A stretch of DNA of 64,000 nt from Laetmonice hystrix (lineage: Eukaryota). A program made the translations under genes and the position numbers. The stretch covers positions 8,308,001 to 8,372,000 of the forward strand of contig OZ249443.1 of the NCBI GenBank assembly GCA_965235115.1, written 5' to 3'. The notes beneath the pieces are model-generated. The model was not told the origin of the DNA and did no database searches. It saw only the letters and a program-made list of their open reading frames with translations. Shown here piece by piece: positions 32,523 through 45,064 of the stretch. Position 1 is the first letter of the stretch, and every line of letters starts with the position of its first letter.

Positions 32523-33928
32523 CCGTATTTCACCCCACGGTCCTGTTTCACCATGTGGTCTGGCTTGTTGAAATGCCATGTCTTGAGTTCATGATGTCGC
32601 CATGTGGTAAACCTTATACCATCTATTTTCAAGTCCTAGTACTTATTATTCCATTTTAAATGTTTGCATGGCCTGTCACGTATATCTTTTGAACGCGAGC
32701 TAGCGTATGAATGACCATGATGCCAAATGTAAAATCTCTATTTTCTTACAAAACGGTGTACTCTATATTCCCCCTGTCCGTTGGTATAATACGATTTATC
32801 TTGCACATGTTGTTAAAAAAGCACTAGGACAAGGAAAAGGTACTAAGTAGCTCAAAGATCTACATGATACAAACAATTTTAGCCAGTGGTATGACTGCAT
32901 TTGGAAGGCCTAGAGGTAAAATGACATGGCGACCAATTGGTATCATTCTTGTTATATTGGAATAAAGTAAGGCTTTTTTTTAAAATATTGTGTGCCATGG
33001 CACTGTCCAAACTGAGGAGATACTCGTAATTGGTTACGTACCGATTGTAATGTTCACTGAGAACAGGTAAAGAGTTAACTGTATGGTTCTTATTATAGAC
33101 AGGGCATTATCGATTGTCAAATCTGCATAATATGATTATTATTTATTTGGCGTTCCATGGAGGTGGCACTGTTTTTCAATAATAGTTTTTCTTCTAACTT
33201 TGATTAAATGCTGCCGTACTTCATAGTCTGCGTGTGCGAAAGTTCCTATTCCTGGACCAAAAATTTGCACTTGACTTAGGCGACAGTCGGGGAAGAACAC
33301 AAAAAAAGGTTTGCACAGTATCCTGCAGGAACTGTGCTTGAAGAATAAGGACGAGTGCCTCCATCTGTAGATCATCAATGGCACATTGCACCTTTTCCTG
33401 ACACGATAACACTTTCATCAGTATTTTTAACAGTTTCAATTTAATTAAAAGAAAGATATTTCCCCCGCAAAAATACTAACTTGCCATGCGTGTTACCAAA
33501 ACCGGACACCCTCATTGTAGCCTTGTATAATCACGTGTCATCCCTTGTTTGTTTTTTAACAATCGTCCAGTCCTATGTACACATGTAACTTACGTGTCCT
33601 TGACATACTTGCTCACGACGTACACAACGTTCCGTTGTTACCGGTGTATCTCAACCTATATTGTATAGACCTAGGACACCTTCGGAAGTATAACCATGTT
33701 GTTTGTTGACGTTATTACGGAACGTCTGGTTCTATAACGTCAACAAACTCAAGCATACGTCATTTCTGATTGAGCGCGTTTGTGCGAGACGCGCGCGGAA
33801 CACAACCGCCTCATTGCCGCCAGGGCTGCGTCATTGTTTCATTCAGCCACGGTATAGCCACACATACAAATACCTTCTCTCTCATGTGATTTTTTTTATA
33901 TTGTGTGATGTAAATTGTTATATTTTAC

Positions 33929-33934
33929 AATAAA
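33929..33934 (+). terminator. Candidate polyadenylation signal for Slo2 (would give a 3' UTR of about 4.7 kb)
   Basis: AATAAA in a U-rich context with GU-rich sequence downstream; not unique. Confidence 0.35.
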
Positions 33935-34298
33935 AGAATTTTGGTGTATTTTTCTAATGTGTGAATACCCCCTGCATCCCAATAACGTTAGAAGTATATA
34001 TGCTAAAATAGTTTATTGAAAACTTATAATGGTAAGTCAGACTGGCCAGTCCATGAATGTAGAGAGTAAAGTATGAAGATAAAATTGAGTCAAAGTAATA
34101 TTAAATTTCCACCCCTTTATTGCTTTTGACATATGCCGAGATCACAGATGCAAACATATCGAAGGCATAGCAATAACAAGCTAAGGAATATCATGTTAAA
34201 CCTGGAGTTTTCCATCAATAGAAGTTGGGCAGGTCATAACGCCAACAAGAGGCATTGCCTTGGATGAACCGAATTAACCACGGTGTTACATCTGTATA

Positions 34299-34312
34299 CC
34301 ACCAGATGGCGC
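34299..34312 (+). promoter_or_regulatory. CTCF motif
   Basis: CCACCAGATGGCGC, perfect core. Confidence 0.5.
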
Positions 34313-34899
34313 ATATGCTCCATCATATCGGCCATACAGTGCAGTTAAAGTCAAGTCTTAGAATGCAATAAGCCGAGAAAAATTTAAAATTATTAATTAC
34401 AGGGATTTAAATGTGACATGTACTATAATACTAGCCACAGGCATTCAAAAGTATATCACAATTAATATATACACGCTTAAAAAAGAAAATGCAAAAATAG
34501 TTAGTCCCAAACATTCTCATTGCTAATTATTAATGTATCGCCCTATACTTGACGAGATCATAAAACAAATTGTTGCCTATAACATGACCCAAACCCACCC
34601 TTGCTAACTATAAAAATAAGAACAACCATTTATAGAATGGTTCCTTGCGGTTCCTTGCCCATCATTATTAGCGTCTCCAGTTTGATCCTTCTTTCCGCTT
34701 GGAGAAAGGTTTCGTGTCCAGGGACCTATAAAAAGGTGACAAGGCAGTAAGTATTATAACCTCCCCATGCCTCATAATTCAAGCTTTCCTACTACCCCCC
34801 CCCCCCCCCCGCCCACCCTTTACCTTGTCGCTACGTTCCCAACGGGGGGAAATATGGCAAAGTAGGGTCAGTCCGTAAAGTGGGCCATGTGTCCACCGA

Positions 34900-35019
34900 G
34901 GCGGAGTATACCCACAGTCACATGGCGGAGTATACCCACAGTCACATGGCGGAGTATACCCACAGTCACATGGCGGAGTATACCCACAGTCACATGGTGG
35001 AGTATACCCACAGTCACAT
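34900..35019. repeat. 24-bp tandem repeat, 5 copies
   Basis: Unit GGCGGAGTATACCCACAGTCACAT. Confidence 0.95.
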
Positions 35020-35081
35020 AGACAGCGTGGTAATGTTTAGATCTAGCTGGTTAGCGAAAAGGTAGGCTGGATACATATCTA

Positions 35082-35299
35082 CAGTGATCTGAAAAAAAAC
35101 CTAGCAAGTCCACTTTGCCTCATTTTGAGAAAACTGGGACAAACAAACCATTCCTCCCATTGAGGTGCTGCAACCGCTAGGTTTTTCCAGGTCAAGAACT
35201 ATGAATTGCGTAGAGTTCTGATAACTTGTATAGGAGTATATGAAAGGGCAAAACCTTGGGACTAAAACTTGACTTATACTAGGTTTTTCCAGATCACTG
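35082..35299. mobile_element. Tc1/mariner-type MITE, 218 bp
   Basis: TA|CAGTGATCTG..AAAAACCTAG ... CTAGGTTTTTCCAGATCACTG|TA: about 21-bp terminal inverted repeats with TA on both flanks. Confidence 0.75.
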
Positions 35300-35683
35300 T
35301 AGATATAGTACGAGTACATGTATTATGTTCACAAGCCTGTCGCTACGAGTATCTCCTCCTGTTAGACTCTGACGGAACAAGTAGAAAGTTCCGAACCATC
35401 CATCAAAAACAGCTGCGCACAGATGTTAAAAAACGAGCGGAATTTACAGTCTGGAAGGGAAGAAAAGAGCCAGGGCATGGTAAAGTAGTTGTAGCACCGG
35501 GTGTGTTTGTATTTAAACATCCATGAACTCGGACCAAGTCGGTGGGAGTTTTCCCAACAGTCAAACAGTAGCACACACTGCATACGAAAGCGTTTTGAGT
35601 TGTTTTTGTGTTGGTTGATGAATGAATTGTTTGTGTCGTAATGACCTGATCCCAACCCCTGCCCCCGTTAATGGCTCACAGCA

Positions 35684-35831
35684 CTACGACTGGAGACTGA
35701 AGAGGCTGTTTGAGATATCCTCGACGAGTTCGGCCGACTCGGTGAAGTAGCGCATGAAGTCGTGTACTTTATATCGGAGTGCCATACCGCCCACCGGTAC
35801 ATCGAGTAGGCCGCCCCCCTCGTCCACGTGG
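35684..35831 (-). CDS. MyTH4-FERM gene last exon (HVDEGGG...[30 protein letters not shown])
   Basis: TTCCCTCAG acceptor, phase 2 matches the previous exon. Confidence 0.75.
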
Positions 35832-38024
35832 CTGAGGGAAGGCATTCAATTCAACACTATACGTACACCACAGTCAATTTGTACAATTGATATTTTTTGT
35901 TTATTTATGAGGATAGAAAAATAACATAATGTCTATCAGGTGATTTATTGATGAGGACGGTTGTGATATACGAGGACCACAATGGCCAGGTAAACTGAGG
36001 ACTATGATGTGCAGGTCTAATGACGAGGACCATAATGGTCTAATATACTGATGAGGACTATGGTGCAGATAAACCGGTGAGGACGGTAATGTTAAGATAA
36101 TACTGATAAGTAATTGGCAAGGTAAAGTCTTAAAGTTGACTTGCTTACCTTTCCGCGCCCCCGTCTGTGTCTTCATCGGAAGCCTGGTCTGTGTTAGTTT
36201 TGAAGTTTTGAAGTCTATTGAAGGTCAGTAGAAGGTCACATATGTCCTTGGCCTCGGCTGACGTGAACACATACTGTTCGTCGTTGGCCGTTGCTATGGT
36301 CACACATCTTCCATGTGTCTTTGTCGTCCTGGCAAAATCAATGGAAAATGTCGGGTACTCCGGTATTATCCATCAATATATGACACTGGCTGTCCTACCG
36401 CGTGGCAAGAAGAGGGAGCAGAAAATGCCAAATGCTGCACAACTATGATACTTTCTACCAAGTTCAAATAGGCCGTTTTACGCTTTAGAAGGAAAGGCGA
36501 GCCTGAAATGCCAACCTGATAGACATTTTGATCAAGGCGCCCCCTACCTCCCAAAACACCTGTTGTGCCGGGTAATGCCCGGTTAGACAAGACAGCAGCC
36601 TAGTCAGTTCTCCACCTCTCGCTGCTGACTTGGGTTTGACTTTTTAGCATCCTACTTTACTATGAAAGGAGTAGTGGCAGGCTGACACTAACTTATCCCA
36701 ATATTTTCTCGTTTTAACTTACCAATTCATCAAGCTAACGTACTTGCCAACAATATCACACGCTCATTTCGGTTGTTCTTCACATATTATAAGATCTACA
36801 CGCTTTTGCAACTCAGTACCTTTATAAGATCTACACGCTTTTGCAACTCAGTACCTCCTAAAACTGGCGGTATCCACCGGAAGTAGTGCTTAGCGACGGG
36901 TACCGTAAGCGACCGGTAGACCGGAAGCTGTTCACCTCGCTAGGCGCTAACCTGGCCATGCCCTTGGCTGATTCCCTCCTTCCTGGTTGCAGAGAAGGCA
37001 GCATCTCCAGCCAAGCCATGTCGTTGGACTAAGCGCTTAGAGCCAACCTCTGTCGCTTGGCCCATCGGAAAGATTCATGGTCTTCCGGCGATATCTGCCA
37101 GGCCATATAGATCTACGACCGTCCTGGCGCCCGGCCCTGCCAGGCGCTATACGATTGTCCTGGCGCCCGGCTCTGGCTTCGCTGAACAGTTAGTCCTACA
37201 TCCAGAATTGCGGCTACCGCCAGTTTTAAAGCCGCAAAAGCCTGAAGATCTTATCATGAAAGAACAACCGAGATCAGCATGTGACGTGGGAAGTGGGTTA
37301 GCTTGATTAATTGGAGAGTTAAAACGGGGAAATAAGCCTAGAGTAGAGGGATAAGTTGCCAAAAAGAGTAATGCCACTACTCCTTTAATAGTAAAGTAGG
37401 ATGTTAAAAGGTCAAACCCTGGGCCCGGTTTTTACTTCGTCATTTTACCAATCTTAAGACTGGAATTTGATGATTGACTTGTGTTATGGTATCTCATTGG
37501 CTGACTTCATTTGAAGAACCAATCAGAAGTTCGGAAACGAGTTCAGTCTTCAGATTTTTAAGATTCGGTTTGCAAACAAAAAACCGGGGGTTAGTCAGCA
37601 ACGAAGCGGAGAACGGTTAGAAGCGGTAATGCCCACCTGCTACAGGAGACACTGCTGATGTCGGAGAAAGCCAGCTCCAGCATGACGCTGTCGGCGGCGT
37701 CCACCACGTAAAACCCACCGGCGTTGACGGCCAGACAGACCCTGGCCATGGCAGGGATCGGTCCAGCGAACGGGTACGCCTCAAAGAACCGGGAAAACTG
37801 GCGGGGCCACTTGTGGACGGCCAGCTCAACGACGTCCTCCTTCACCTAGTGGAGAGAGAGGCGGTGGGGCTAACTGTGGGCGAGTCCGGAGATCCATCTA
37901 TTGTTGGGTTTATTGGAGATAGAGAAGGTGGCGTACGAACGTGTGGAAGACAGCAAGATATAAGGACAAGAAAGAAAGAGAGGGTGTGGCACTATAAGAG
38001 AGTGATGGAGGAAAACCGCGCTGT

Positions 38025-38110
<86 letters not shown>

Positions 38111-41100
38111 CTCTATCTGTGTCTGTGTGTTTATATGAATGTCATTGGATGGAGTGGTTGCCCCCTATTAAAGGTTACATAAGAAACGTTTGGAGATACT
38201 CAGGCCCGTATATTGCCCGACAGAAGTAGGACCTCTTCTCCCCCTTACCCTGAGTGGCGAGGCACAGTTAAGGAAGGAGTGTTCGTGGATGACCATTGGC
38301 ACCCACTGTTCCAAGTGACTGTTGTTGTGAAGGAGGTGGTCCGGTATGTAGGAGGGAAGTAGAGACTTGAGGCGCTCCTCTTTCATGTCGAGATCGTGCT
38401 CTATGTAATACTGCTGGGCGGCCAGCCGCGCCATCTCGTCGGCCTGTCAACACCACATCTATAACTCGTATTCTGGGCACCAGGCCAGGACAACGTTTAG
38501 TTAGCAACGGCTCTAATTTGATCTCTTTTTAACTCCAAGAAGTCATGCTGGGCCATCGAAAAATGACACGGTGATATCATAATAAGGAGGGAGATAGATT
38601 ATGTATAGCCGTGCTGCATGGGTAAAAAGTTAGGAATCGGTATGGAAACTTGTTGCTTCATAGGCAGCCAGGCCAACACAAAGTCGGCTAAGTTTGATGA
38701 CAGTATAAAAACACTTGATATGGTATTGGCGGGCATCCAATAAAGCCTGGTTTAAGCACATAAGTGCAAGATGATGATCTCCTTAAAAAAAGAATTGAAT
38801 AGACCTCAACAGAAACATTATACGTCTCTCACATACAGTCTCCTCAACTCACATTGTCTATGCGATACTCGCCGAACTTAATCCCTCGCACCACCTGGTG
38901 GTAAATGAGGTTTGTCGCCACAGCGTCACTTCCGGAGTCATGCCATGGGGAGAAGTACTCCTTCCGGAAGAAAAGCCGCCAGGGGGCGTTCCGCTCCTCA
39001 AAGCCACGTTCTCGCGCGATCTGCTCGTACTGTGATATGGCGTCCATGACGTGTTTCCCTCCGTTGCCTAAGGAGGTAACCTGGAACGTAGCCATGGCAA
39101 CCCATGCACGCATGCGCTTTCAATGGACACATAATCGGCTTGACAGGACACAACACAAATATTATAGGTCAAGTTTGTGTGATTCTTACACGTTATAAGA
39201 CGAGCTAGTTTTTGGGAGTATGGCCAAGCACAGTAGACTCACCTTATCAAATGCTGTTATAAGAAGAGAGAATCCAAACTGGTCCCGGAGTCCCAGTTTC
39301 TGTGAGAGTTCTTGAGAGAACTCACGCGCCGTGGTGGACGAGTCGGCCAGGAGTGTCTTTGTTTGACCATTCATCAGCGTGGTCAGCAGTGGCCACTGAC
39401 GCTTCGTCTTGCAACCCTAGAAACACACATTTACATTTAGAGAGGTAACGGGGCTAATTCCCGGTGGTTTGAGATTCTGGCTGAGGGCCAGCTAAGGAAG
39501 TGCCTTTCCTCCGGGCTCGAACACTGCCCTCATCGCCGGGTGTTTCCGACTGGGTTATCAGGAGGTCGGCCTGTAACACCGTGTCCAAGGACAACATCCA
39601 ATAAAGGGGGGGGGGCGGCTAAGGGAATGCCCTAGAAAAAGGGTCTGTAAGGGTCAGGTCAATAAATTATTTTAGCTAAAGAAGGAACCATAGAGTTAGA
39701 ATGTCTCGAGGAAGGGTTCATAAACTGATTAGTGATATGTATGATTCGTATTTGGAACGTGTACTTGAAATTGTGTTGAATATAGGGGGTGTTTACCATA
39801 TCCTCTCAGGTTAAGGCGAAAATCGCGATTAAAATGCCTGGCGTAAGAGGTCTAAAAGACTTACTTATATGCAACAAGCTAGCTGAACTAAAGCGAAAGC
39901 ATCTATTGACATCCATCCCATTTGTAAATAGGTGCAAAGTAACACTGTACCTGGAATTCGAGCCAGCCGGGGGGTTCGTTCCGGTTACCGTTAGTCAGGG
40001 TGCGCTGTAAACGTTCCTGACAGAACGGCGCGTATCGGGGCGGGCCAGCGACGATAAAATAGTGCAGGTAGGGGAGGAAATTCTTAGACGGAACGAAACA
40101 CCCGGTGCACAGTGACAGGAGGATCCATCCTCGGGCGTGACTGTTCCGGTCCGGGTTTTGTGTCAACTGCTTGCAGATCTGACAGTAAACTTCGTCTCTA
40201 TAAATAGAAACGTCATCTGTCATCACGTGACCTCGCCGAGATTTTTATGCGGTGACAAATGTAGGCATAAATGCCAAGACCCACATCTAGAATTGCTTTC
40301 TTGTTACAGTATCGAGGCCAAGTCAAAACGTATGGTCTGATATTTAAGAACCAAGTAAGAGCGAGGCCCTTACTGACAATATTAGTAGTAGTCTACTATT
40401 AGTGTAGTCTTCTATTATGTGTAGACTTCTAAAAAGTGGACCGAGGAGGGAGGCTGATTGGCATAAAATCAGTAGGGCTGAAAGTTGCAGTTTGAATTTC
40501 GTATAGATTCCGAGGACAGAATGCTGCCGCAGTAGTCGTGGTCCTACCTTAGATCGGGACGGACAATGGCGTTGCCGACGATATAGTGAACCTTCTCCAG
40601 AGAGGTGGTAGGCCGGTTCATCAATAGCTCGTCAACCTCTTTCTGTTCTCCAGACAACATTGCAAAGTTGAAATCTTCCGATTTCTTAGCTTTTCCCTTC
40701 AGCGCGCCGCGGATGAATTTTTTTTGCAATGAAAATCGGCTGGCCTTGGAGGCATTTAGACCGTGATGTTCCTTGTTCTTATTGTCTTTTGAATCCTGTC
40801 GAACTCCGTCAGGGCTCTGCTCAACCTTTGAGAGCTTGGAGTTTCGGCCAAGGCTGGCGTATATTTTACTCATCACTGGGGCTGTGTCCTGGAGATAAAT
40901 AATGAGTAGAGAGCAACAAATCTCACAAAAAGGCAAAACGTATAATATAATATAATGGGTTGTTTCTAGAAAGAGCCCCCCTTCTACCCTTTAGATCTGC
41001 TTAGATAGTAACTTTGAACTAGGGACTTCATTCCCTGCCACTTGATTGTCCGCGAATACTATAAAAGAAGTTACGTGATCAGTGACCAATATCTTCCCGG

Positions 41101-41752
41101 GATCGCTGTCGGTAGGCTGAAGTTGTTCCTGCATTGCTTACTGACTATGAACAAGGTGGCATTAAAACGTCCATTCATTGAACCATACATGAGAATAAGT
41201 GAGGGTTTACCTTAACATTCTTCTGATCTCCAGTTTTGTCTGCCATGTCTCCCATAAACCGGAGAATCGTGATCCACACTGCCAGGGCGGCCTGTGTGTG
41301 AGAGATAACAGGATTTAAACAATGTGTGCGTGGGGAGGGGGGGGACTATCAAACTGCGATAGATGTGTAAAATACAATCATGCCAACGTCTCCAACGGCG
41401 GCAAGGCTTTGAGTCATACAAAATAATTATACACACCATAAAGTGAAAAAGTAATTCTACAACTTCTTATTGCGTTGAAGTACCCAGAGAGATTTTAATA
41501 TCGGTTCTGAATAATGTCTTTGGTATAACTTGTAGCCAGACAACTAGTATAAAGTCTTGCCTGGCGGTCCTCTCTCCGTAGCGGCAGTAAGGGTGCCTCC
41601 AACATTGTCCGGGTAAAACGACAACTCACGCCCTCCCGGAAGTAGCTGGTAGCGAAGTTAGCAAACTTGTGCGGCTCCATGTTGTTGGTGGCGCCCTCTG
41701 TGTCCGAGAGGTCATGCTCTATGTCCAGGTTTGCCATGGACCCGCCCACGTC
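35684..41752 (-). CDS. Myosin-VII-like MyTH4-FERM protein gene (10 in-phase exons, 664 aa to stop), apparently without SH3 or second MyTH4-FERM
   Basis: Collinear with the myosin VIIA tail: [106 protein letters not shown]. Stop TAG at 35686-35684. Confidence 0.93.
36149..36328 (-). CDS. MyTH4-FERM gene exon (end of FERM F3: [28 protein letters not shown] plus acidic tail)
   Basis: Matches Myo7 [34 protein letters not shown] donor. Confidence 0.88.
36787..36856. repeat. Exact 35-bp tandem duplication
   Basis: TTATAAGATCTACACGCTTTTGCAACTCAGTACCT twice. Confidence 0.95.
36859..37228. mobile_element. Intronic MITE-like element, about 370 bp
   Basis: 14-bp perfect inverted termini TAAAACTGGCGGTA / TACCGCCAGTTTTA. 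Confidence 0.6.
37637..37845 (-). CDS. MyTH4-FERM gene exon (VKEDVVELA...ISSVSCSR)
   Basis: FERM F2/F3; phase 0 to 2. Confidence 0.93.
38028..38107. repeat. (CT)n microsatellite
   Basis: About 40 CT units with one interruption. Confidence 0.98.
38249..38443 (-). CDS. MyTH4-FERM gene exon ([13 protein letters not shown]...CASPLR)
   Basis: FERM F2; 65 codons; GTAAGG donor. Confidence 0.92.
38853..39080 (-). CDS. MyTH4-FERM gene exon ([17 protein letters not shown]...FGEYRIDN)
   Basis: High similarity to Myo7[18 protein letters not shown]; GTGAGT donor. Confidence 0.95.
39243..39416 (-). CDS. MyTH4-FERM gene exon (GCKTKRQW...[11 protein letters not shown]...[12 protein letters not shown])
   Basis: FERM F1; GTGAGT donor. 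Confidence 0.94.
39951..40197 (-). CDS. MyTH4-FERM gene exon (MyTH4 core: DEVYCQ...PPGWLEFQ)
   Basis: Canonical MyTH4 motifs. Confidence 0.96.
40548..40888 (-). CDS. MyTH4-FERM gene exon ([10 protein letters not shown]...[23 protein letters not shown])
   Basis: Matches Myo7A PVMTKIY and [23 protein letters not shown]. Confidence 0.93.
41211..41291 (-). CDS. MyTH4-FERM gene exon ([27 protein letters not shown])
   Basis: 15-residue identity with Myo7[16 protein letters not shown]. Confidence 0.94.
41561..41752 (-). CDS. MyTH4-FERM gene exon ([10 protein letters not shown]...[10 protein letters not shown]...REDRQ), GC donor
   Basis: CTAG acceptor; CAG|GCAAGA donor keeps phase 0 with the next exon. 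Confidence 0.88.
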
Positions 41753-42305
41753 CTAGATAGTGAATAATGCCGGGTTATAAAAACATCACTTATATACCTT
41801 TATCGGACCCGCCGCTGTAGGCCGGTAGAGATGGCTTTCCACATTATAAACACACGCAGGCCTACGCACAGGTGTTTCTAACATACATTGAACTTATTAA
41901 CTGTGCATTTTTTATGTTGTATATTGTTGCTGTTAGCGTCAGTATAGTATTTAGATATCTCATACTTATTTTTATGGGTCAGCTGATTTTATTTTAATGA
42001 AACCTTTATGCGAGACCGCCTCTTAAAAGGTCCTTCCCTGTAGGATACAAACTAAATTTTATAGATGGAAGGAATTCTTTTTATCGCAATGAAAGATTCA
42101 ACATGCCCAACTACTATTATGTATACTTTAATTGTCAGTTCAAGGTAGGCCTATATGGGAAAAGGTTAGCTTTACGTGTCGCTGAATATTTTTTTCTGGG
42201 CTTATCATTGGTGTCAAAGGGGTAGTTGACATTTTACGAATGGTTTATACTATAATAAGCTGAGAGGTCAAAAACCTCTGGCGTAGATCTACGTGACTTT
42301 ATTAC

Positions 42306-42420
42306 CTCAGACGGGCCACCGTCCTCGTTCATGGTTTCCATTTCCGGTAGCGTTCGGTAGTTGAGCTTTCGTCCGGTAGATGCCGCTGAGGTCGTGTGCC
42401 GCTGATTTCCTGGTATAGAC
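42306..42420 (-). CDS. Probable upstream exon of the MyTH4-FERM gene (SIPGNQRHTT...EDGGPSE)
   Basis: TTGCAG acceptor, GAG|GTAATA donor, phase 2 to 0; no family similarity recognised. Confidence 0.55.
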
Positions 42421-43888
42421 CTGCAATTAACACCCATGTACTTGACTAAGTACATGAATACCAAGTGAAGAATACAAATGATAAGTTTTTCTTTATGAGT
42501 AGGTAAAGAAGAATCCTGGGTTGTAGCATGAAGTGAAATGTGTGGAGACAAGATAACTTCATTCTTATCGTTTCCAGACATCAGTTCAGGCCATGAACTA
42601 ACTTCTTGGTCGACGTCCCTGCCCTTCAGTAGGCCGAATGATGGTTACCACAGGGTAGTAGGATATCTCCTTTCATACTCGCTCGCAGACATCGGTTTTA
42701 TCAACGAGACTAGACTAGTCTCGTTGGTTTTATCGACGGACACTTAGAACGAACGTTTCTAGGTGGCGTGTTCACCTCATGCAACTCGTTCCATGCTAAA
42801 AACCTGTTCCTGTGCCATCCATTCCAAGACTATATTCAGCTTCTGTTACTTTCAACAAACGCGTATCATATTTTAACCCGTTTAGTAGGCAAAAGCAAGC
42901 TTCACTGGACTTGTACACTGAAGGGCCCTGTTCTGAAAAAAAAGTTGCGTCACTGTCGGAGGTAAGTGGGGCGAGAGACACGATGGTAGGACGGAGGGAG
43001 GCAGGGGTCATGTGACTCGTCACTCCACCGGATGTCAGACCGTGGCAGCGCGCGCAGCCAAGCGGGACGCGCGACTGTCGTCTGGTATTTTCATCGATTC
43101 GGGCATTAATGTCGTTAATCAGAGCTGAAAGTTGGTTAAAAACGGTGCTCCGTCCGTGACTGTAATATTTTGTCTTACTTTCTGTGAGTTGGAGAGAACT
43201 GAGTTTATGAACTAGGAGATCCTATTAGTGATATCTATGCTGGGATGTTGACGTATATGCGAATATAGTATAGGGAATATAGATGGATTAAAGACACATT
43301 TGATACGATTAGTTTCTAGGAAGATGTCTCACTCTGCAGGCCAATGTAGTACTTTTAAAAGACTTAAAACAAAATTGATGAGCACCTGTCAATGAAGAGC
43401 CTGGGGCCTAATACATATATGTTGTCACCAAACTTGTCAAAGACGACGGTAAGTGTAGGTAAAGTCACCATGCGACCTCTAGAGTTCGCTAATTTAGTAT
43501 AGGGGATTCGGTCATGCATCCCTCTTGGGATTGTCTCCGGTAACGTGCTGTAGGTGAACGCTGCTCTTCATGATCGGCTCTATCTGTAAGACATGAGCCC
43601 TGGCCCTTTAAGGACTTTCAAAACATGCCCCTGGTAGGTCTATTATATAAAGCCATCTACATGTATATGATACACAATATTTGATCATCTCAGCCTCAGG
43701 ATGTCAATGTTGACAGGCTAACGGCCTCCTGTTCGACCTCAAGGGGTTGTCTGGGGCTGGGGTATTATTGTATACTCCCACTTGTCACCGTTAGCAGTGA
43801 CTGCAGGGACACACTCAGACGTCTTAGAGGACAACGTGTTTACCTCAGGTATACAGATCTGGCGAGGCTGAACGGATCTCTGGGAGAC

Positions 43889-44478
43889 CGTCAGCTGGCT
43901 GGCACGTCATGGACACAGAGCTCACGTCATGTTGGGAGGAGACTGTCAGCTGGTTGGCACATCATGGACACAGAGCTCACGTCATGTTGAGAGGAGACCG
44001 TCAGCTAGCACGTCATGGACACAGAGCTTACGTCATGTTGAGAGGGGACTGTGTGCTGGCTGGCACGTCATGGACACAGAGCTCACGTCATGTTGAGAGG
44101 AGACCGTCAGCTGGCACGTCATGGACACAGAGCTTACGTCATGTTGAGGGGAGACTGTGTGCTGGCTGGCACGTCATGGACACAGAGCTTACGTCATGTT
44201 GAGAGGAGACCGTCAGCTGGCTGGCACGTCATGGAAACAGAGCTCACGTCATGTTGAGAGGAGACCGTCAGCTGGCACGTCATGGACACAGAGCTTACGT
44301 CATGTTGAGAGGAGACTGTCAGCTGGCACGTCATGGACACAGAGCTCACGTCATGTTGAGAGGGGACTGTGTGCTGGCTGGCACGTCATGGACACAGAGC
44401 TCACGTCATGTTGAGAGGAGACTGTGTGCTGGCTGGCACGTCATGGACACAGAGCTCACGTCTTGTTGAGAGGAGACT
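43889..44478. repeat. About 50-57-bp minisatellite, about 11 copies
   Basis: Unit GCTGGCACGTCATGGACACAGAGCTCACGTCATGTTGAGAGGAGAC(C/T)GT. Confidence 0.95.
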
Positions 44479-45064
44479 GACAGAAAGTGCGTGGTGTCGG
44501 GGGGGGGGGGGGGGTGTAGTCCATGTATCTATAGGTACGCTATGTGCATATCTAGATGCCTTATAGATGCGGGTATATAGGTGTAATTACAATACATGCA
44601 TCATATCTGATATATATGCAATACCTCATACATTATTGATTTATAAAGTGTTATAAAGCCTGTGAATGTATGCCTATATGTATTAGTACAGATATTGGCG
44701 TAGGTGTGTGTGTATACGTCTGTGTAAGTAGGGTATGCATGTAGGCCTACACGTGCGTAGTTATAGGTATGTGTAGGCCTATAGGTAGGTATGCATGCAG
44801 GTTTATGTTTATGTGCAGTGCGTGCGTGGAAGGGGGGTGTGCGAGGGTGCGTGCGTGCGTGAGACACCAGCCACCCAAGCGGGTACACATTAAACCAACC
44901 TCCAGCGGCAGACGTCGGATGCCAACGTTTAGATCCCACAGCTGATCCAAACCTACCGACCCCTGGACCACCTCGCCGGGTGAGACGAACCGGCCTGACC
45001 GGCTTAGCCGGCCCAGCTGGTTGATGGCTGCCTGGCTGGCTGCCTGGCTGGTTCGATTACTTAC

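Noticed and set aside
38889-38903. CTCF-like CCACCAGGTGGTG
   Set aside because: It lies in coding sequence (HQVV), explained by codons, and mismatches the GGC core.
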